From Octopus sinensis (Eukaryota): DNA of 64,000 nt. The position numbers and the translations under genes are program-made. The stretch spans positions 14,818,001 through 14,882,000 of the forward strand of contig NC_043002.1 in the NCBI RefSeq assembly GCF_006345805.1, read 5' to 3'. Shown piece by piece: positions 39,262 through 53,439 of the stretch (its first letter is position 1; the number at the start of each line of letters is the position of its first letter). The notes beneath the pieces are model-generated. The model searched no databases. It had not been told where the DNA came from and saw only the letters and a list, made by a program, of their open reading frames with translations.

Positions 39262-39535
39262 AGTGGAGGCACCTGGCATTGTAATTTGAGCAGCGGACTC
39301 GCGGTTGAGGGATCGCGGGTTCGAATCTCAGACCGAATGATGAGTGTGTTTATGAGCGAAACACCTAAGCTTCACTTCTGCTGATTGTCTCGCAACAACA
39401 TTCTCTCACTCTTTCATCCTGCATCTTGCAGCTCACCTGTGACGGACCGGCGTCCCGTCCGGGTGGGGAACCTTTACGCCAAGGAAACCGGGAAACCGGC
39501 CCTATAAGCCAGGTGTGACTCGAGGAGGAGCAAAC
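39262..39535 (+). mobile_element. SINE family B variant
   Basis: gagcagcggactcgcggttgagggatcgcgggttcgaatctcagacc...gcagctcacctgtgacggaccgg. Confidence 0.85.
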
Positions 39536-39649
39536 AATATACATAGATAAATAAGCCATATGTGCTTCTATTTTGCGCACTTTAACCATTATTTCTCCGA
39601 TACATTCTATTCTAACAACCCTATTGTTTCAATATATAAATTCTATAGT

Positions 39650-39945
39650 CTGTCTATCTTTACGTTCTGAGTTCAAATTCCGCCTTTCATCCTTTCGGGG
39701 TCGATAAATTAGGTATCAGTTGCGCACCGGGGTCGATCTAATCGACTGGCCTCTCCTCAAACTTTCCGGGCTTTGCTCCCAGTGTAGAAAAAATATATAA
39801 ATTCTGTATTTTGTCTGTCTTTACGTTCTGAGTTCAAAATCAACCGAGGTGGACTTTGCCTTTCATAATTTTGGGCTCGATAAATTCAGTTCTAGTTGCG
39901 TAGTAGGGCCAAAAAGTTCGGGCCTTGTGACTATAGTAGAAAAGA
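39650..39945 (+). mobile_element. SINE family C, two pieces
   Basis: ttacgttctgagttcaaattccg...cctttcatcctttcggggtcgataaatt, with a second start at about 39820. Confidence 0.8.
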
Positions 39946-40744
39946 ATATACATATTCTATGCTCTAGACTGATACCAATTGATTGCCTGGACATTGGTTC
40001 GTTATGTTTTACGTGATAGAAAGCTACAACGCCATGTTTGTTTTGGTCGCACTTCAAGTCGGAGTTTGAGGCGGTAAAGCAATATGAGCACTTATTGTAT
40101 TCACTGATTATATTACGTCATTTGATGTAACTTTACCTGGATCATATATATATCGGAAGAAGATCACTATTTAAAATACCGATCATGTCAAGTGGCTAGC
40201 ATGGGCATAAAAACCTCATAGGTAATAATTATTATCAAAATTATAATTAAGGGTATCTAACAGATACCATCAGGCTAGGGATAGCAGTCAATTATGATTT
40301 ACATATATATATATATATATATATCTGTGTGTGTGTGCGCGTGTGTGTGTGTATGTATATATAGCAAGATAATGTGAGAGAGACCGAGATAGATATATAT
40401 ATGTGCATATGTGTGTGTGTGTGTGTGATACACATGTATTTGTATCTTTGTATCGTTTCTTACCCTAAGACCTGTAGACATCAGGTGTTGATTTGTTGAC
40501 GTTCTTGTAGTTTAGCTGGCCGTCAAAAGACAAATTTGAAATAAATAATAGTCCTTAACAGAAAAAAAAAAAAAAACATCGAAAAGTAAAAAACGTAAAA
40601 CAAATAACGTAAGTACTGGGTGGATTTGTTAGATTAAGATCCGTTCACAGTTTTTCTCCAAAGCTGCAGGCGGATGACTAAAACAAGGAAATGTAAAGAT
40701 TCTATACACACACTTAGACACACTTACACACACGTATGGATGTA

Positions 40745-40972
40745 TATTCTTTTATTCTTTTATTCTTTTACTTGTTTCAGTCATTTGACTGCGGCCATGC
40801 TGGAGCACCGCCTTTAATCGAGCAACTCCACACCGGGACTTATTCTTTTTGTAAGCCCAGTACTTATTCTATCGGTCTCTTTTGCGGAACCGCTAGGTGA
40901 CGGGGACGTATACACACCAGCATCAGTTGTCAAGCAATGCTAGGGGGACAAACACAGACACACAAACAAACA

Positions 40973-41036
<64 letters not shown>

Positions 41037-41215
41037 GATATACATATATACGACGGGCTTCTTTCAGTTTCCGTCTACCAAATCCACTCACAAGGCTTAG
41101 GTCGGCCCGAGGCTATACTAGAAGACACCTACCCAAGGTGCCACGCAGTGGGACTGAACACGGAACCATGTGGTTGGTAAACAAGCTACTTACCACACAG
41201 CCACTCCTGCGCCTA
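40745..41215 (-). mobile_element. SINE family A, full length
   Basis: Reverse match to 11462-11862. Confidence 0.9.
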
Positions 41216-41218
41216 TCT

Positions 41219-41267
<49 letters not shown>

Positions 41268-41308
41268 CATACATACACACACACGCACACACACACACAC
41301 ACACACAC

Positions 41309-41356
<48 letters not shown>

Positions 41357-42809
41357 ACCGAGTGACAGACACATAGCAGCCAAATAATGGACAGAGAAAA
41401 GTGAATTGATTTAAGGAGAGATGAATGCGTGGATTGATAATTTCGTTGGTAAGCTGATGGACATCCTTATATAAAAGTTTCGGTAAATGGAGTGCCAAAG
41501 AAATACAGACAGATGAAATTACCAAAATACAATTATCAATACTTCGACCATAATTTAAGTAAGTAGAAGTCATAAACGCATTCGAGTTCTAGTTATTGGA
41601 TACATTTTCTGTGTATAATTCCATTGATATAATTTTCTAGAAACCTTCTAAGTGATAATTTGTCAACAAAAATTATATTAAACTTATTGTCATCGAAATT
41701 ATAGTTCAACACTCTACTTTCTTTCCCAAAGTTACTATTATTTGAAAGGGTTTGAAAATGCTTTTTCATATGGAAATGGACGATTAGGTTTTACGTGAAT
41801 AAGAATATATAGCAATTCTCTGCCATTATAGATAGATGCACACACTGGACTTGTCAATTGTCAGATGATGGAAATGGGTAATCACAAGATACAAAGAAAC
41901 CTTTTGAAATTAGCAAGAATCATTTGACAGCTGACAGTTATGAATCGATATAGTAAGCATTTAGAAGTGCTAAGCCAATAACACCTAATATTTGGAGCCG
42001 TGTCAACATGTCTAGAGGCATTTTGCTAGTGGAAGAATTCACACTGAATATTTGCTGTTAAATTACAGCTGTGAAATGCTGCCAGTAGGACTAATGCTGA
42101 GTGGGTGGATATAGTAGATGTTGCCAGGAATTTGACGACAGCATATGTAATTTGGTTTTCGCTGTGCAAAGAAAGGCAAGACGTACAGTATGATGCGCCC
42201 ATTCATGTCGATACTCACATTTGAAAAGTATCCAGTCGATCCGCAGAAATATATATGACAAATGTTAAAACAGTTAACTCTTGTACTACATTATATTATG
42301 GTTTAAAATCAGCGTAACATATAATTTCATAGGAGGTACACGTATTCATACAAACATATAAATATGGGCATGATATGAAATATATATATATATATATATA
42401 TATAACACAAATAATCATACATATATGTATTTATGTGTTTGTGTGTGTTTGTGTGTGTGCGTGCGCGCATCTATTCATATGTATACATATGGATATAGAT
42501 AACAATATAGCTAAGATATTTATATAAACGTTTATATATCAACATATACATAGGCGCAGGAGTGGCTGTGTGATAAGTACTTTGCTTACGAACCACATGG
42601 TTCCCGGTTCAATCCCACTGCGTGGCACCTTGGGTAACTGTCTTCTGCATATGTATTTGGCTTCCTCAAACATCTGCGTAAGAAATGCAAAAGGTAAACA
42701 TTTAAGTTCTTACGGGAGATCCTTTCCAGCAGATCTACGTTAAAGGTCCTAGACATCGGATTCAAAGGTCGGATGCAGCCGGAATAGCATGAGATGTTCT
42801 TGTTATATT

Positions 42810-44555
42810 AGAATTTTGTAGGTATGACAAAAGAACGGCATCATCAGCAAATAGAATCTCCTTGATCAAGACGCTTCTGATTTGGGTCTTGGCACGCAGA
42901 CGTGAGAGATTGAACAGTTTCCCGTCACTTCTACTGTGTAGAAACACTCCATCATCTGATGTCACAAAGGCATGTGAGAGCAGCAGCGAGAAGAAGATGC
43001 CAAGTAATGTAGGAGCAAGGACACAACCTTGCTTTACCCCATTTTTTATTTGGAAGGCGGCTGATGTTGGACTATTGTGCTGTATGGTGCCTTGCATATC
43101 ATCATGGAAAGATGTGATGATCCTCAGCTGCTTTGGTGGACATCCGATTTTTTGGAGCAGGATGAAGATGCCTTTTCTACTTACGAAGTCAAAGGCCTTT
43201 GTCAGATCAATGAAGGCCATATATAATGGCATTTTCTGCTCTCTGGACTTCTGAAGTTGGCGTATGGAGAATATCATGTCAATAGTTGATCTGCTTCTTC
43301 TAAAGCCACACTGCGATTCTGGATAAATTTGAGAAGCAAGCAGTTGCAGCCCGGACAGAAAAATGCGAGCAGAGGCCTTTCCAACAGTGCTTAGAAGAGA
43401 TATTCCACGGTAATTGTTACAATCACCACGGTCACCTTTGTTTTTGTAAAGCGTAATGATGTTATCTAGCATCCCGCATATCCTGAGGGACTGTACCCTC
43501 TTCCCAGCACTGACACAGAAGCTCATGAATGTGCCGAAGCAGGATGGTGTTTTTGCCGGTTTTGATGATCTCTAAGGGGATGCCGTCTTTTGCCGGAGCC
43601 TTGTTACTTGCTATAAATGGTAGACTGTCAAGTTCACGCATGACAGGCAAGATCTTGACACGCTCGATTGCAGTCTCAGCTACCGTGGTCTCTCGTGAGT
43701 AGAGATATTGGTAGTACTCCACCCATCTATCCATTTGCTTGCTTTGGTCCCTGATGAGATCCCCAGTAGTTGATTTCAGAGGGGCTGACTTGGTTGCGGA
43801 TGGACCGAGAGCCTTCTTCAAACCTTTAAACCCCACGGGTGACGTAACTGTCAGCAGCTGACTTGATACTCTGACAGATTTCTTGCCAATACCTACTTGC
43901 ACAGCGTCTGGCAGTCAGTTGGGTTTTATTTCTTGCCTTTCTGAGTTCTTCGAGTGACTTTATAGAAGAATCACTCTTGTATTACATCAGAACTGCACGC
44001 TTTGTTTCGATAACTTTTTTCAGCTCTGAGAGCCCAGCACTGAACAAAATCTGGGTTTTGCCTTTCTCTCATGCCGAAAGTATCTACTGATGTGGTATAC
44101 AAAGCTTCCCTGATATAATTCCACCTACTTTCAGCAGAGGTGGTTGGGCAGCTACTGAGGGCAACTTTGATAGAAACAGCAAAACAGCAAAACAGCAAAA
44201 CAGCAAAACATTGTCGCAGTGTAGGGTCGGAGGTCCTAGCAGTGTTAATGCGTGGTCGGCCCATTTTCTTGGAGTGATGGACTTTTTAGGCAGAATCCTC
44301 ACCCAGCTTCTTATTAGTGAATGATCTGTGTCACAATCCGCGCTGTAACAACTACGAGTCAGTTGAACAGAATTCAAAAAGGGTTTTCGTATAATGCTGA
44401 GATCCAGCTGATGCCCATGGTGAGATCTTGGATGTCTCCAAGATGCCTTGTGGGATGACTTGTTGGCAAAGAATGTATTAGTAATGCACAGGTTATGGTA
44501 TGTGAACAATTCAAATAGTCTCTGGCCATTGTCATTCATGTTGCCAAAACCAAAA
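42810..44555 (-). mobile_element. RTE-clade LINE (RTE-BovB-like) ORF: APE C-terminus plus reverse transcriptase, frameshifted
   Basis: ITLYKNKGDRGDCNNYRGISLLS, PESQCGFR, AFIDLTKAFD, GVKQGCVLAPTL and LFADD, preceded by NGQRL...NTFF...WRHPRS..HQLD...DHSL. The element is truncated after FADD. Confidence 0.93.
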
Positions 44556-44629
44556 CACATACACTTACATATATACATACATATATATACGATCGATTTG
44601 TGTCAGTTCCTGTCTACGAAATCCATATA

Positions 44630-44673
<44 letters not shown>

Positions 44674-45354
44674 GCATATGTATACACACACATACATACA
44701 CATAAATATTTTTAATTCACAAAATAAACGAACAAAAGACGAAGACGGCTGTGTAAGCAGCAAACACAAGTTCATTAGTTTAACTCTCCGAAATTAGGAA
44801 AAGTTATATAGGGAGTACTACTAATTTTAAAATTAGATATAGGGGACACAAGAATTCATTTATTCACCACTATATAAAACATTTCAGACAGTTTAGTATG
44901 TTGTAAGCGTCTTATAATTTTCTTTAAAATATAGTTTTTTAGAATATAAAAGCTTTTTGAAAATACGGTCCAATTAGATCATTAGATCCAGTGAAGACTT
45001 ATGCACAAACCTGTAATCTTAAATAATTTTTTTATAGTAGAGAGTGGAATATTAGTGGTTAGCCATATTGAGATGGCTAGTATACCTCACATTGTCGTGC
45101 AGTTACTGTTTACATCTCGTTCAGAGATTTATTATTGCTTGCATGCAGTTTTTCGAGATCAGTGACGAAAAGTTACTGGAAAAACGTTACAAGGATTTGC
45201 ATTGGGACTCCCTTCATCGAAAACCGGTGATTGTCGTACGATGTTCTCCTGGGACTACAAGCAACAGTGTCACCAACCCTTACTAGTTAGCCATATTGAG
45301 ATGGCGAGTATACCTCACACACACACACACACACACACACATATAAAATATACA

Positions 45355-45560
45355 TACATATTGCCCACCGGATGTTCCAAATCAGATAGGCAAGTTTGAA
45401 GATTGCCTCAGAAGGATTAAAGAAATTTTCATGAATCTAGAACACCACCTGACAATATTTCTTATGGGTGATTTCAACTTCCCCAACGTCAAATGGCCCG
45501 AAGGTCTCATACTCTCAGGAATGAATCATTGCAAGCAAGTACAGGTGGAGTCCAAGTTAT
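45355..45560 (+). mobile_element. CR1-like APE endonuclease fragment
   Basis: PPD..NQIGKFEDCLRRIKEIFMNLEHHLTIFLMGDFNFPNVKW, containing the GDFN motif. Confidence 0.7.
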
Positions 45561-46199
45561 ATCTTGATATCGCTAGTGATAACAATACTCAAAATATATA
45601 ACAAACTGGAATTGTAGGCCCGTCTCTTGCAATTTCGATCAATTGGATCTTGTCCTTCCTCTTGTATAGAAGTGTACGGCTGCAGCGGAATTCATTTTTG
45701 GACTTTCTTCTATCGAAGGCATTTTAATAAAAGGTGCTTCCGTAAAGACGGTGAAAATATTGTCAATACCCCCAAACAGGGACACAATTCAATTTTTAAA
45801 CAATAACCAAAACCCCTTCTCCGAAGGGGGAGGGTTATGGTTTACAATTATTTAACAAATGCAACACAACAACGTTTCCCTGACGTGGAACCAACAAATG
45901 TGATAAAAATAGTCAACCAGTAATTATAATAACAACAAACCTTTTTAATTTATCCCCTTTTATGTGAAACCACTTATTCAATTTCAAGTCATTGATGCAA
46001 TTTTATGCGAATTGCTAATACACACACACACATAATAAGGGTGAAAAAATTGAATATTAATTTGATTAATATTAATTGAAAACCAGTGGTGTAGCATATA
46101 AGACCATAGTAGATCTTCGTCTAGCAAAATTGATGACCACTGTTAATGGTTCATTCCTGTTATATAATACTTTCACTTTAATAGTTTCAGTATTAAAGT

Positions 46200-46465
46200 G
46201 AAAGTGTCTGCATTACAAAAGAGAGATGTATGTGTTTCACTTTTAACACGTAATACTGAAATAGTGGAGAATATATGATATTGCTTTGGGGTCGCCCTAG
46301 CGAAAAAGTTAAATTGTTTTTGCCGATGACACTTCCCGGACATTAAGTAAGGCATGTGTAAAATTTGAATGAAATTGGTTGTGTAGTTCTCAAGTTTTAG
46401 GGAAACACACAGACAGACACACACACACACACAGAAACACATTCTCAGTTTTATATATATAGAAA
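46200..46465 (+). mobile_element. Helitron/HINE-like 3' segment
   Basis: tgtaaaatttgaatgaaattggttgtgtag...cacagacagacacacac...cagttttatatatatagaaat resembles the 3' end of 37001-37405. Confidence 0.4.
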
Positions 46466-46845
46466 TATATATATATACATAGATACACACACAAGCGCAC
46501 AAACACACACAGACATGCACACACATAAACACATATACATTTTTCTATACTAATCTCTCTTCCTCTCTCGCACACACGCACACACTTATATAGTAATATT
46601 TTGCAGAGGTAACAGAGTGACTCAAATTCCTAGAGTTTAGTTCTTTGGCATTTCTGAAATTCAGGTTTAATAATTGTCAACGTAAGAAACTCTGGGACTC
46701 TGAGTCATCTGTTATTTTTGCTGAATGTTAATAAAAATATAAGTATACTCATATTTTGAGTTCTATTTTTCTTGTTTGCATTGACATATCTATATCCATA
46801 TCTCCCTGTTGCTCTGTCTCTCTCACTTCCTCTAACCCCACCCCC

Positions 46846-46912
<67 letters not shown>

Positions 46913-46918
<6 letters not shown>

Positions 46919-47125
46919 ATACAAACATGAACAAAGAGAAAACACAACTACTGCGAGGAGGTGGAACATATATAGTGTTATTGGAAACTCAGGAAAGGAA
47001 ACAAAGGAGGAGGATTTAACTTTTCGAGCGGAACGCTTCGTCAGACATATAGAAAAAACGAAAGGTCCAAGGAAGGGTTAACCGAGAAAGAAAATCATCA
47101 ATGATACACACGCGGTGACGTATTG
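46913..47125 (-). mobile_element. PLE pseudo-LTR-like repeat with degenerate HHR (copy 1)
   Basis: Reverse-complement homolog of 49295-49512. Minus strand reads CTGACGA agcgttccgctc GAAA agtta at 47012-47044. It abuts (TA)n. Confidence 0.6.
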
Positions 47126-47139
47126 AAAAAAATGTTGTA

Positions 47140-48652
47140 TATATATCTCACAGAAGTAGGTACACCCCTAACAGATTTCAGTGAAATTGCCCATACCATT
47201 ACTTACACTTATAGTGAATGAAATATATTATACATGCAAAGGTCATACACATTTGGAATACAAAGCAAGAAACATTTTCAAACAATGCAAGAATATGTAC
47301 TAACGTATTATTGGCTATATTCAATATTTAATGTGACCACCCTTGCTTTCAATGATGGAATGAACTCTTCTGGTCATAGAGTCGACAGCATTCCTGCATA
47401 TAACCGATGAAATCGACATCCATTCATCCTGAATGATCTCTTTCAGTTGTGTTACATTGCGGGTTTTTTTTTTATCCTCAAGCTTTTTTCAAAACACCCC
47501 ATAGATTATCTCTTGGGTTTAAATCAGGTGACATATTAGGCGAAAGCAATACCTTTACCTTTTTATCTGATAAAACCTTAGTCTTCATCTTTGAAATGTG
47601 TTTAGGGTCATTTTCATGGTAGAACAAGGAACATCTTCCTAGTTCCTTGATGCTTTTCAACATTGTTTTCTGCAAATGTGAATCCTCCCACACCAGCCGC
47701 AATCATGCAACCCCAAATCATAACACTTTCATCACTATGTTTCATTCTAGGCACGGTGCGTTTGTCGCTATTATCTTCGCCTGGTGGTCGCCATACTGGT
47801 TTAATGCTATCTGATCCAAACAAATTGATTTTAGAGTCGTCAGAAAAAATAATTCTCTTCCTAAATTCCTTCCCCTTACTCACAGAGCTTTCAGCAAAGG
47901 AAAGACTTGATTTAGCTCTGGTAATTAGGAGAGGCTTTCTACATGGGATGCGTCCATGAAGACCACATTGGTGCAAACGTAGGTGAATTTTTGGGCGGAT
48001 ACAATCTTTCGATTAATAAAAAGCACTTCTTGGGCCAAAGATTAAGTGGTGTGTTGTCAAATATCACGCGCAGTTAAAATAGAAGGATGAGCTGGACGGT
48101 GTTTATTACTTAGCCGTCCAGTAGCTTTGTACTTCTGAATTACTTTGACAACTATGTTTACGCTAATATATATTCCTTTGCTAATTAAATTGTATCCTAA
48201 ACCATTCTTGTGCAAATTAAAAATAACTTTCTTCAAATCTTCAGAAAATTATTTTCCTTTTCATACTATTTTAATTACAATGAAGAAGATTTACACCATG
48301 GTACAAGTATCTGAATTTCTGCAGATGCAGGAACAATGATCGGCGCAAAAATGCTTGAAGAAATAATTTATTAGAATTAAAATTATCAGCAATATATGAA
48401 TTTAGTAAAATAAAAGTGGATAAAATGTTGAATATAGCAAATTTTCTTTAGGGTGTACATATTTGTGTAAGGTTTTAAAGCTAATATTTCTTTCATATCT
48501 TTGACAATTTTTATTGTTTTGTGTTCCAAATTTGCATAATGTTAGCATGTATATTTTATTCGGTATAACTTTCGTTTCATTTCCTTTTAAATTATCAGAG
48601 TAATTGTAATTTTACGGAACTTTTCAAGGGTATACATACTGTCACATACTAT
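47140..48652 (-). mobile_element. Second Tc1/mariner transposon, decayed
   Basis: GLHGRIPCRKPLL, IIFSDDSKINLFGSD, KHSDESVMIWGCM, HENDPKH and SPDLNPRDNLWG. Degenerate terminal motifs are tatctcacagaagtaggtacaccc and gggtatacatactgtcacatacta. Confidence 0.85.
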
Positions 48653-49294
48653 ATATAAATGGAAAATGGAAAATGTAATGTAAATACACACGCCACAATT
48701 AAAAAGATTTCAGTGACATTGCCCATGCCATTACTTATACTTATAGTGAATAAAATATATTATACATGGAAACGTTATACAAAAGTGGATAAAACAGTAT
48801 AACGTATATTGAGTGCACAAACGGACGGAAGACAGAGAGAGAAGCTCCCTAATTCTTTATCAGTTATCAACCAGATAGTATTACTAAGTTTCGCACCATT
48901 AATGATTAGGCTAAGAAATTCCCCAAACTGGTGGTGCTCGCGAAATTTGCGGAGAATATAAGACCGAGAGCCAAAAATAGATGGATGAGAAGCGACATGA
49001 AAGTGGACGTACAAAAGTGTATACATGTAATTTGAGACGATCGACGAAGGACAAAAAACAAAATAAGCAAGAAACGATCAAAATATAGTCTCAGGGCAAA
49101 AAAGACAAGAATAGAATGCAATGGTAAAGGATTAGAAAAACAGCTAATAGCAAGACATGTGCCAGTGAAACAAAGAGAAATTAAGACCGTTCGGCTACGC
49201 GACCGATGTAAAAAGGGGAGAGAAAGTAAGGTTGGCCACGGGTTACGTACCGGCAGCAGTCAGAGGAGAGTAAGTTATACACACACACACACGT

Positions 49295-49506
49295 ATATAT
49301 TCAATATGTGACCGCGTGTGTATCGTTGGCGATTTTCTTTCTCCGTCTTCCCTTCCTTGGACGTTTCCTTTTTCTGTGTTTCTGACGAAGGGCTCCGCTC
49401 GAAACGTTTAATCCTCCTTCTTCCTTTCCTTCCCTGAGCGTCCAATAACACTATACTTGTTCCACGTCCTCACATTGTTCTGTTGTCTCTGAATTCATGC
49501 TTGGAT

Positions 49507-49512
<6 letters not shown>
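49295..49512 (+). mobile_element. PLE pseudo-LTR-like repeat with degenerate HHR (copy 2)
   Basis: CTGACGA a GGGC-tcc-GCTC GAAA cgtt at 49382-49408, with palindromic ACGT stem III and a decayed stem I. It ends in (TA)n. Confidence 0.6.
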
Positions 49513-49585
<73 letters not shown>

Positions 49586-50774
49586 TCTAAATAATTGATA
49601 CGTAAGACAGAGTGAACTGAAAACTTTAATATGTACAACGAACTCCCTAATGGGTGGGGAACTAGGCCCCATTGTGCAGACCAAGCCTCCTCAGCTAACA
49701 TAAGCGGCCACAGTATCGTATTTGTATGAGTAAATTTTTGATCGGCTGTTCAACATGTTGTTATCAACTGGAGAGGAAGAGAGAAAGAGAGAGAGAGTGA
49801 GTTTGTATGTGTGTGTGTGTGTGTTTGTGTGTGTGTGTGCCTGTGTGTGTGCAAGTGTGTCGAAGAACACTTAGACGATAACCTTAAATTCCTGACGTGT
49901 TTGATTTTGCTTACAAGAGATCTAGCTTAATATCTCAAATACGTTCCATATTTACTGCTCAAAGCAAAGAGAAATATCCAAACAAATTTAATTGTACAGC
50001 AGAACGAATGTCGATTCTGGGAGATGTTACGAAGAATAATTTAATTTGGAGCAGAATCGGACGGTTAATAAATATGCAAACTCCCACATACACATATACA
50101 CATGTATATCTATGTATGTGTTTGTCTATGCGTGAGTGTGTGTGTGTATGTTTGAATGTATAAGTTCCTTACCAGGTAAGGATTTTATGTGGCCTTTGTA
50201 TGCCAGTACAGCTTATTACTAATATGATGAGAAACACACAACCATTGATTCTAACGTATCTTGCTTGATTTTCTTTCATAGCTTTCTTTTTCATGAATTA
50301 TCAGCGTGCACTACGTAAAACTATTTCATGATAGAAAACAGCGAATGATGACGCTCAGCCAATCACCGCGTACTCCATCCAGGCCTCTCCAATATACCGA
50401 GCCAATAAACGGACATCGCATGATATTTCGCAATCAACTATCTCTATGCCATGATACACAGCGTGTGTTTATATTGCGTATTAACCTCAAACTTTGCAAT
50501 TTCCCCAAAATGTTTGTACTGAAACATTTTGAAAATGTCGCTAGAATGTATTCTCACCTTCATTCATTCTCCAAACGTTAATCTGAAATCCGTCTTAATG
50601 TTTCAATCAGTTTTGGCGTTATAGGTAATTTTAACAAGATATCATAAATCCTAATTTATTCAAAAGGGAAACGATATTTTTCTTCATTTTGAGAAGTGAA
50701 ATATTCAAAATAATTTTTCTTGTCTGGGGCAAATGAAGTTAATGCAATGTTTTTTTTTTCCAAATGTAGAAGAT

Positions 50775-51185
50775 TTACATTATTTACATGTGACGGATAT
50801 TTTACCTCATCTTGTTTTCTATGGCGTAGTGTTTAAGAGCGCGGGCTACTAACCCCGAGATTCCGAGTTCGATTCCAGGCAGTGAGCTGAATAACAATAA
50901 TAATAATAATGATAATAATAATAACAATAATAATAACAACAACAACAATAATAATAATAATAATAATAATAACAACAACAACAACAACAATAACAACAAC
51001 ATCGAAAAATACCTTAGGAATGAGAACCTAGGTCCGAAATTTTCCGAAGACATCCGATGAAGGCTGGAGGGTGTATCAGCTTAAACTTAACAACAAATAA
51101 GATAAAGACAAATATCCGTCAAATATAAATAATGTAAAATAATGTAAATAATGTACATAATTCCTCATTTCTTAAATATAGAACA
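50775..51185 (+). mobile_element. tRNA-headed SINE with (AAT/AAC)n middle, HHR-like tail and an inverted tail copy upstream
   Basis: Head at 50821-50880 (tggcgtagtg A box, gagttcgattcc B box, CT-ACT-AA loop). HHR relic at 51054-51085. 50775-50817 is inverted relative to 51089-51137. Confidence 0.6.
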
Positions 51186-53083
51186 GTATAGAAGATTTAT
51201 TCCTACTTTTCCACATTTATGACAAAATAAAGCAATGTGAATTCTAGCTGCGAGAATTGCACTATTTTGAAACTGCATGTCTAACGCATGGATGGAGAAA
51301 GTTAACAGGATGCAGCATTTAATGAAGGACAAGTTGCAAACTATATTTTCACTAATGTATGAAGAATCGCCACTCACCGCGATAGGATCACCGTTATAGT
51401 ATTATTTCAGCCGATCACCACAGTAGGACTACTGCTCCCGTTCCAAATCATTGAAAGTGAAGAACAGATCGGAGAAAAAACAGAAAAATGAAACATATAG
51501 CCTAGACTGAAGAATAATGTTGAATATAACGATGCTGAAATAAAAAGCAAATTAAGATGCAATACTGTTGATAAAAATGACGAAAAAGAAAGATAGGAAA
51601 ACAGCATGTGCCTCATTCGCTTTCGTTGAACATATACCCGCACATACATTAGTTGTAACCAGTAATATTCTTATCGGTGGCATTTCCCTATGTGAACATC
51701 CAAGAGTTGCTTTGAGCCAGAACAAACATAGAAACTGAATTGGTTATCTACCTGTGTAATTATCTCCAATCATTCTGCGTCTCCTTTTCTTTTCCATATT
51801 TAAAATAAGATAATTATATAAACATATTACATATAGCTAACATTTCTATGCTGTAATTAATAGACTGAAATAAGTATTATAAACTATAATACGCAGTCAA
51901 TAGAAGCCGAATGATAATAAAATAATAATCATTTAATATATATATATATGTGTGTGTGTAGGTATAGATAGATATGTGTGTATATATATGTACATGTACA
52001 TAAATGCATGTAATTATGTATGAATGTATTTATATTTTCAGGTGGACGTAACTGATATTCAATATTACATTGAATAAGTTTATGTGTCATGGAATTACTC
52101 TGCTTAATTATTCTGCTTCATGGACTGTTTTCATATTTCCAAAATATTTAAATGCTCATTCAATGTTTTATTTAGTCTTTTGTACCTCTCCCATAGTTTT
52201 ATATTGAGGTCTATGAAATGAATGTTTAAAACTCTATTAAGACATATTTTTCAACAACCTACTGCAATATCAGCTCTAGGCACGGAAATTAGTTATGCTT
52301 TTAAAATGTTGCAAAATAAGCATTTTAAAGTGATATATTCGGCGCCTGATTGTCTGAAAATATAACGGACATATTTTAATTTAAAACATTGATTATGAAA
52401 GCTCTGTATAAAAGCTATGTCATATCATTCAATAAAATTATGACATTACGCCGATAGGGATTTGGTATTTAGTATTTATTTTTCTAAACATGACATTTCC
52501 TTTTAAAATATTTGTTTTATTTTCTTCTTTAGAATCAATGCAATATCAAATAAAAAAAAAATTGTAACAGAAGTTAACCATTAGGTTATGTGCACACATA
52601 TATATTTACATAAGGATACGCACATATTGACAGACACATTTACACATTCCTGCACGGGGAACATTAATATTTCTATATTGAGAGACTATTTTATTCCTTG
52701 AGCGATGAAGTTTATGCAAAATGACATATAAAATGATCTGCATTGCATACAAGTGGATGCCATCTATAAACAGCTAAACCTGAACTTACAGAAGATAACA
52801 CAGGAATCAATTCATATCACGCCACGAACATGTTGAATATATATATAACTAATGAAAGCCAAAGAAACTTTGCTGATCTTGGCTTCCAATACCTTAAATC
52901 AAGTAGTGCTGTAGCCTGGTTTGTTAGGTGGAATGATTACATTAAATTAACGTCGAGTTTGTGATCGATAAAGTCGAGGAGATCAGTGTTGCAATATAAG
53001 TTACCACATTATTGATCTTATTACTTATATTACAGTTTTATGTCGTTCTTTCCTTCTGTCAACCTATTGCTCCATGTATATGC

Positions 53084-53168
<85 letters not shown>

Positions 53169-53439
53169 GTGTGTGTGTGGTGTGTGTGTGTATGTGTGTG
53201 TGTACGCACATATGGGCACAGGACACCGTCATAAAGTGTAAACATGAAATACGAAAATAAAGTTGGTTACGCAAAGAACGAGAGAAACAGAGGGAAAACA
53301 AGACATATAACATAAAAAGCCCCTTCATCAGTTGTCGACTGTCCTTCTACTCCCTACTTCGAGCAATGAACGCCACACATCCATTTCCAGGTAAGCTTAT
53401 CCCAATATATTTAAAACATACACACTTCCATATATATCT

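Noticed and set aside
41400-42300. Faint LINE RT-like motifs
   Set aside because: Too degraded to assign by eye. It needs a translated repeat-library search.
53320-53345. CTGATGA on the minus strand (also isolated CTGATGA/CTGAAGA near 4141, 10285 and 38016)
   Set aside because: No correctly placed GAAA, stem III or cleavage triplet could be built.
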